Source of the DNA: Chrysochromulina tobinii
Taxonomy: Eukaryota
NCBI GenBank assembly: GCA_001275005.1
Contig: JWZX01003199.1
Span: 1-58,456, forward strand
Length of the DNA: 58,456 nucleotides
Direction of reading: 5' to 3'
The position numbers and the translations under genes were made by a program. Of this stretch, positions 53,402 to 58,456 are shown one piece after another; position 1 is the first letter of the stretch, and each line of letters opens with the position of its first letter. Under the pieces are notes generated by a model that did no database searches, was not told the origin of the DNA, and saw nothing but the letters and a program-made list of their open reading frames with translations.

Positions 53402-55908
53402 CTAAGACAGCTTGAGGTCGCGTGACGTAGGCAACGGCATCCAACCCCCCACCTCCTCCGCGGCTCCATGTGAGCCGCCCGCCCCAGCGCCTCCCCCACG
53501 CGATCCTCCGTGGTTCATGCTCATCGGCAGCGCGGCTGGCCGGCGTGCGCCGCCGCTGACTCGGCCGCGGAGCATCCAGCCGATCAGGCTGCCGCCCACG
53601 CCGCTGATGAGCAGTGCAATCGGATCGCATCCTCCGGGCATCGACGACGGCGCTCGGCACGGCGCCGCGCTGCCGCCCTCGCCGCCCGCTCCGCCGCCGC
53701 CGCCACTAGCGCCGCCGCCGCCGCCGCCGCCATGCATTGACGCCTCGGCCTCGGCGTGTCCGTCGCCCGACACGGCGCCCATCCCGGCGCCCGTCCCGGC
53801 GTTCGTCGCCTTGGACGGTGGAGGCGGCGCACCGGTCGATGCGTCGTGTTGGGCGGCTCGAAGCTTGGAAAGCTCCGCTTGGCAATCGGCCTCCAGGGCA
53901 CGGTACACCTGCGATGGTCATCAGAGGTCATCAGAGGTCATCAGAGGTCATCAGAGGTCATCAGAGGCAATCGGCCTCCAGGGCACGGTACACCTGCAAG
54001 AGCCACAGCCACCAACGGAACTCAGTGGCACTCAGTGGCACTCAACGGCACTCGACGGTACTCAGCGGCACTCAGCGGCACTCAGAGGCATTCAGCGGCA
54101 CTCAGCGGCACTCAGAGGCATTCAGCGGCACTCAGCGGCACTCAGAGGCATTCAGCGGCACTCGACGGTACTCAACGGCAGTCAGTTTGGAAATCGGCGG
54201 CCTCGACGGCACGGTACAGCTGCCCGCCGAGCAATCCGTGGCTATCAAGAACAAGAGCAATCAGTGGCCATCAGGAACGGTCAGTGGCTATCCGAAACGC
54301 AATCAGTGGCAATCAGTGGCAATCAGTGGTCATCAGGAACGGTCAGTGGCTATCCGGAACGCAATCAGTGGCAATCAGTGGCAATCAGTGGTCATCAGGA
54401 ACGGTCAGTGGCTATCCGGAACGCAAGGCTGCACCTCCGTCAGCTTCGAGTGCTTGCCCTCAATCGCGTCCTCGAGCTGCTCCTTCTGCTCAAGCTTTCG
54501 ACGAAGGACGCCGAGCTGCGCCTGGACCTGCTGCTGCTGCGCCTCGGCGCTGGCCGTCTGTGAGGTCGCGCAGGGGAGCGAAGCGCCGTGGTGAGCACAT
54601 GCATGCGCCTCGGCGCTGGCCGTCTGTGATGTCGAGCACCACCATCCGAGCTCATCATCGATCATCAGTGGCCATCCGACGCCATCAGTGGCCATCAGAC
54701 GCACTCCGACGCACTCCGATGCACTCCGATGCACTCCGATGCACTCAGACGCACTCAGAGGCACTCAGATGCACTCAGATGCACTCAGATGCACTCCGAC
54801 GCACTCCGATGCCCTCAGCGCACAATCCGACACCCTCAGCTCGCACCTGCTCTCAATGAGGGAGGCAATCAGTGGCAATCAGAGGCCATCAGCGAGCTCG
54901 CACCTGCTCTCAATGAGGGAGGCAATCAGTGGCAATCAGAGGCCATCAGCGAGCTCGCACCTGCTCGAGCTGCGTCTTGCATGCGGCCTCGGCGCTCGTC
55001 GCCTGCTGCAGGCGCGAACGCGCCGTCGCGAGCTGCTTCTGGGCGGCGTTTGTGATCGTCTCGGCGCGCCCCTTCTCGTCAGCGAGCTCCTGCGTGCGTG
55101 CCTGCAGCTGCTCGCGCGTGTGCTGCAGCTGGACCAGGCAATGCTGTGCCTCCGTCTGCAGATGCTGGTCGTCGCTCAGATGGCGCTTATCTTCCGCGAG
55201 AGTGCCCGCTCGGCACACCTCAAGCTCGTTGTTGCACTGCTGGCGCGCGGCGCGGCAGCTGCGCACCTCGCGCAGCGCGCTCGTCAGGCCGGTTCGCGCC
55301 TGCTGCAGGATCGTGCTCGATAGAGCGCTCATATTGCCGGGCAGCCGTGCGGCGCCGTAGCGGGCATGTCCCTTGGGCTCGTCCTCGCCGGAGGAGGTGA
55401 GCTTGGGAGCGAGCAGGTCCTCGACGACGACGTCGGCGGCGCTGGCGGTGGCAGTGCTGGCGGTGGCGTTGCTGGAAGCAGTACTGCTGGCAGCAGTACT
55501 GCTGGCAGCGGTCTTGCTGGCGGTGGCGCGAGCGGGTGAAGGCGACAGTGGTGGCGGCAGCTCCTCGGGTGACGGTGAGGGCGGCGATGGCGATGGTGGT
55601 GGCGAAGGTGGCGGCCGTTCCTTGGGTATCGCCGCCGACGCTGCCGGCGCGGCAGCCGGATTCGACGCGCTGCTGCTGCTGGGCGCGGTCCGGCTCGGAA
55701 GGTCGCAGACGCCGCACGCAACTGGGCATGAGGCGAGCATGTACCTGCGGTTCTTCTCGCACTCACCGTTTGCTGCCCACGCGCCGCAATGGGGCGCCTC
55801 GTCGATGCACGGCTCGGTCGTCGGTCCGGTCGTCGGTGCGCCGATGACGATGACAGAGGCGACCAGGCAGAGAGACATCGATCGACGCCCGCCGCAGCCG
55901 AGAATCAT
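53402..55908 (-). CDS. ShKT-domain, mucin-like, coiled-coil single-pass membrane protein, join(55908..54961,54557..54435,53908..53402), ~525 aa
   Basis: ShK pattern CIDEAPHCGAWAANGECEKNRRYMLASCPVACGVC. P/S/T-rich stalk. Hydrophobic segment IALLISGVGGSLIGWML. Phase-0 introns at 54558-54960 and 53909-54434. Confidence 0.75.
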
Positions 55909-56142
55909 TAGGCAAGTCTAGTCGCCGGACTGAATCGTTGCCGGCACCGCGGCCGCGTGAAGCGCGTCCAGCCACTTGAGTGCGCTCTGGAAAAAATGCG
56001 TCAAATTAGGCAAGTCAAGTCAAGTCAAGAACCGGAAATAAGACACCGGGGAGCTATCCCGCGTGTGTCCCGGCTCCCTGCCGCCCCTCATCAACCGGCG
56101 TCTTTTTTTTGTCTTTTTATCGGCCGAGAACCTGCACGATCG

Positions 56143-57078
56143 ATGGCTCTGACCCAGATGTGGTTGGCGACCGCGGCCTTGACGGCCAGCTCGCGCGCAG
56201 GACCCGCGCTGATGCGAGCAGCTTCCACCGTCGTCGCACCGGTCCTCACGCAGACGGGCGTGAACACCGAGCTCAAGATGAAGATCCTCATCTCTGCCGC
56301 TGCGTTGGACCGCGGGCAGTCGTACAACCCTACTTCGTCGGATGCATATCGCGAGCGCATGGAGATCACCACGTCGCTCATGCGCGAGCTCATCGCGGCA
56401 TCTCCCCCGCTGCCCACCAACCTAGCGGCGCTCGACGGCGAATGGGAGCTCGTCTTCACCAACGTCGCGCACGGCATCTTTCGCTCGTCGCCCTTCTTCC
56501 TAGCGATTCAGGAGGCATACGCGAACGCGGGCGCCCCCGACAAGGCCGAACTCTTCTTCAAGCTGCATGAGCTGCAGACATGCTCCTGGGGCGTCTCCAA
56601 GATCGGGCGCGTCGCCCAGACAATTGATGCCGCGACTGGACGTCTCTATTCCGAGTTCGACACCAACCTTCTCTCCCTCACCGTGATTCCGATCCTGGGA
56701 TGGTTCAAGCTGCTGCCCACGTTTGGCGGGTGCGTGATCACAGCCTCGTCCGCGGCGCTCAACGGCGACAAGATCGACATGGAGGTGCTCTACACGACGA
56801 GTCGGCCTGTCCCTGGCCTCTCGGGACTGCGCCCTCTACCTGGGGACCTGGGCAAGCAGATTGCTCAATTAATCTGGAGCCTCAAAGTGCCGGTCGGGTT
56901 TGTGTGGAAGCTGCTGCCGTGGAACCAGGGGCGCGCACCCACGTGCTCCGTGAAGCTCGTCTACTTTGATGGCGACATTCGGATCGTCGAGGACCGGTCG
57001 GGCGAGCTCTTCTTGTACGCTCGGCCCGTGGCGCCGCGGCCTCTCGCGGCCAAGATTGCCGAGATCGAGGGCGCCTAG
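56143..57078 (+). CDS. Plastid lipid-associated PAP/fibrillin-family protein (~311 aa)
   Basis: Transit-like N-terminus. AALDRG, LDGEWELVFT, FRSSPFF, GRVAQTID, YFDGDIRIVEDRSGELFLY. Confidence 0.85.
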   Translation: MALTQMWLATAALTASSRAGPALMRAASTVVAPVLTQTGVNTELKMKILISAAALDRGQSYNPTSSDAYRERMEITTSLMRELIAASPPLPTNLAALDGEWELVFTNVAHGIFRSSPFFLAIQEAYANAGAPDKAELFFKLHELQTCSWGVSKIGRVAQTIDAATGRLYSEFDTNLLSLTVIPILGWFKLLPTFGGCVITASSAALNGDKIDMEVLYTTSRPVPGLSGLRPLPGDLGKQIAQLIWSLKVPVGFVWKLLPWNQGRAPTCSVKLVYFDGDIRIVEDRSGELFLYARPVAPRPLAAKIAEIEGA

Positions 57079-57306
57079 GCTCGCGGGAGTGCGTGTGCCG
57101 TTGGAGAGAAGGTAGCCAGTAACCGCCATTTTGTCATTAAGCACAGTTGCTTAATACACACACTGTTGTGCTTAATACACACACTGTAATGAATACACAC
57201 ACGGCGGGCACTGTTACGTTGTGTGTATTCATATGAATGAGCTCACATCCATGAGCGGGCAGTAACAGTGCCGTAGCACCGGTTGTCGCGTCTGTAGTGT
57301 TAACGT

Positions 57307-57367
57307 TCAAGTCAAGTCAAGTCTATACATAAACAACAGACAACCATGACTTGACTTGACTTGACTT
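57307..57367. mobile_element. Internally deleted copy of the (GTCAA)n-ended element
   Basis: (CAAGT)3 + CTATACATAAACAACAGACAACCAT + (GACTT)4. The first 41 bp are the reverse complement of 37971-38011. Confidence 0.6.
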
Positions 57368-57429
57368 ACGGGTAACGTTCACATCCGACGCTGTGTCCGC
57401 TCTCCACACGCACCACACGGTCGCAGCCG

Positions 57430-57888
57430 ATGGATCTGATCGATCCGAGGAGTTTCGATGCGGCTGGCAAGGTGCTGTGGATGCCGTCCATAATCACCGG
57501 CCTTCTCTACGTCGTCTTATGCGCGCTGGTGTATCACAGCGTCGCAACGTCCATCGCCCAAGACAGAACCAATTTGAATCTGTCAACGTTTGCGGATATG
57601 TGGGAGAGTGTGTTCAAAATTGCGTTGCTCGCGTTCAACTACATCCTCGTCGGCGTAGCTTTCATCACGCACGCCAAGTCCCAGGTCACTGGCTTCTCGC
57701 TCGGAGGCATGGCAGGCTTCATTCTCGGCACTGGAGGAGGCTGGCTTTACTTTGTCCCAACCGGCTGGTATGCTTTCTTTATGATCAGCTCGATCTCGGG
57801 CGGGCTGATCGGTTCGAGCCTGCGATTCGGCAAACGCCCCAAGCGCGAAAAGTCGAAGGAGAAAGAGGAAGACTTGCACGGGTCCTGA
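57430..57888 (+). CDS. Small multi-pass membrane protein (152 aa)
   Basis: About four hydrophobic/Gly-rich segments and a charged C-terminal tail. ATG in CCGATGG context. Confidence 0.6.
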   Translation: MDLIDPRSFDAAGKVLWMPSIITGLLYVVLCALVYHSVATSIAQDRTNLNLSTFADMWESVFKIALLAFNYILVGVAFITHAKSQVTGFSLGGMAGFILGTGGGWLYFVPTGWYAFFMISSISGGLIGSSLRFGKRPKREKSKEKEEDLHGS

Positions 57889-58456
57889 ACGTGCTTCTCT
57901 TCTGTGGATTGGAGCGGGTGGCCGCAGGAAGCGCCCCACGACTTGATGCAGCCTGCCTCACCCTGAGGCAAGAGGCGCGGCGAAACAGTCGTCCGCCGTC
58001 CGGGAGGAGTGTGTGCACATGGGCATGCATGTGGGATCCGGGACCGGGGCGACGCGTGTGAAACCTGAACGACCGTGCACCGTGCACCGTCGCACCGTCG
58101 CATTCGCACCTCGGAAAGCCCGGATACGATACAACATGATACCACAGTACTGTGTATGCCGAGGCGCGTGGAAGCGCGTGCTGGCCCTTTCCGTAAATCT
58201 TTCAGCACCCTAGGCAGAATTACGAACTTAGGGAAAATTCACTGAACACATACAGCTCTGACCATCTACACCTGTTTTGAAACCTCCGACGCGGGAACGA
58301 CTCCGCCCTGAAGCTACAGATGCAACATAAATCCACTGCGGTCCTTCACCGCATCTTGCAATGCTTGCTTTCCTGCATCTCCCATGCTATTGCTACCAAG
58401 CCACAGCTTGGTCAGCACCCCTGTGCCCGAGGACAGGGCACCCGCGATGGCCTTGG

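Noticed and set aside
53412..54859. Several 285-383 aa plus-strand ORFs
   Set aside because: Antisense to the ShKT gene and composed largely of intron repeat translations.
1..58456. Transposase, reverse transcriptase, viral, tRNA or rRNA genes
   Set aside because: No DDE, RT, capsid or structural-RNA signatures were recognised by eye. Any enzyme driving the intron or MITE families would have to be encoded elsewhere.

Overview
GC-rich, gene-dense eukaryotic nuclear DNA with spliceosomal GT-AG and GC-AG introns. It most likely comes from a haptophyte alga such as Chrysochromulina; this is inferred from the intron style, an ASAF-type targeting peptide and the gene content. About 20 genes can be modelled. 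Two systems stand out. (1) An ~18.3 kb gene (1229-19494, two short introns, ~6029 aa) encodes an RNF213/mysterin-like giant AAA+ protein with an unusual architecture: a PA-like N-terminal segment, a MIDAS-bearing vWA domain inserted inside the AAA core, no recognisable RING, a reduced RZ-finger position, and three C-terminal transmembrane helices followed by a SHOCT-like tail. A guanylate-binding protein gene lies ~5 kb downstream and an ankyrin/U-box ligase gene ~11 kb downstream. (2) About 19 introns form a family built from strand-oriented 10-11 nt CTGAT/CTGAG microsatellites. Twelve share a ...CCTCCCTCATCAG-type acceptor, and many carry 17-36 bp copies of their own flanking exon sequence, which suggests an active intron-generating or remodelling mechanism. 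Other content: XPA, an EF-hand protein, a PGP-repeat protein, GT47 and GT8 glycosyltransferases, a JmjC-like protein, a tandem YccV-TPR protein, an aldo-keto reductase, a ShKT protein, a fibrillin, a spliced 79-aa KEEL microprotein, a (GTCAA)n-ended MITE-like element and several minisatellites. All calls come from reading motifs by eye; no database searches were run.
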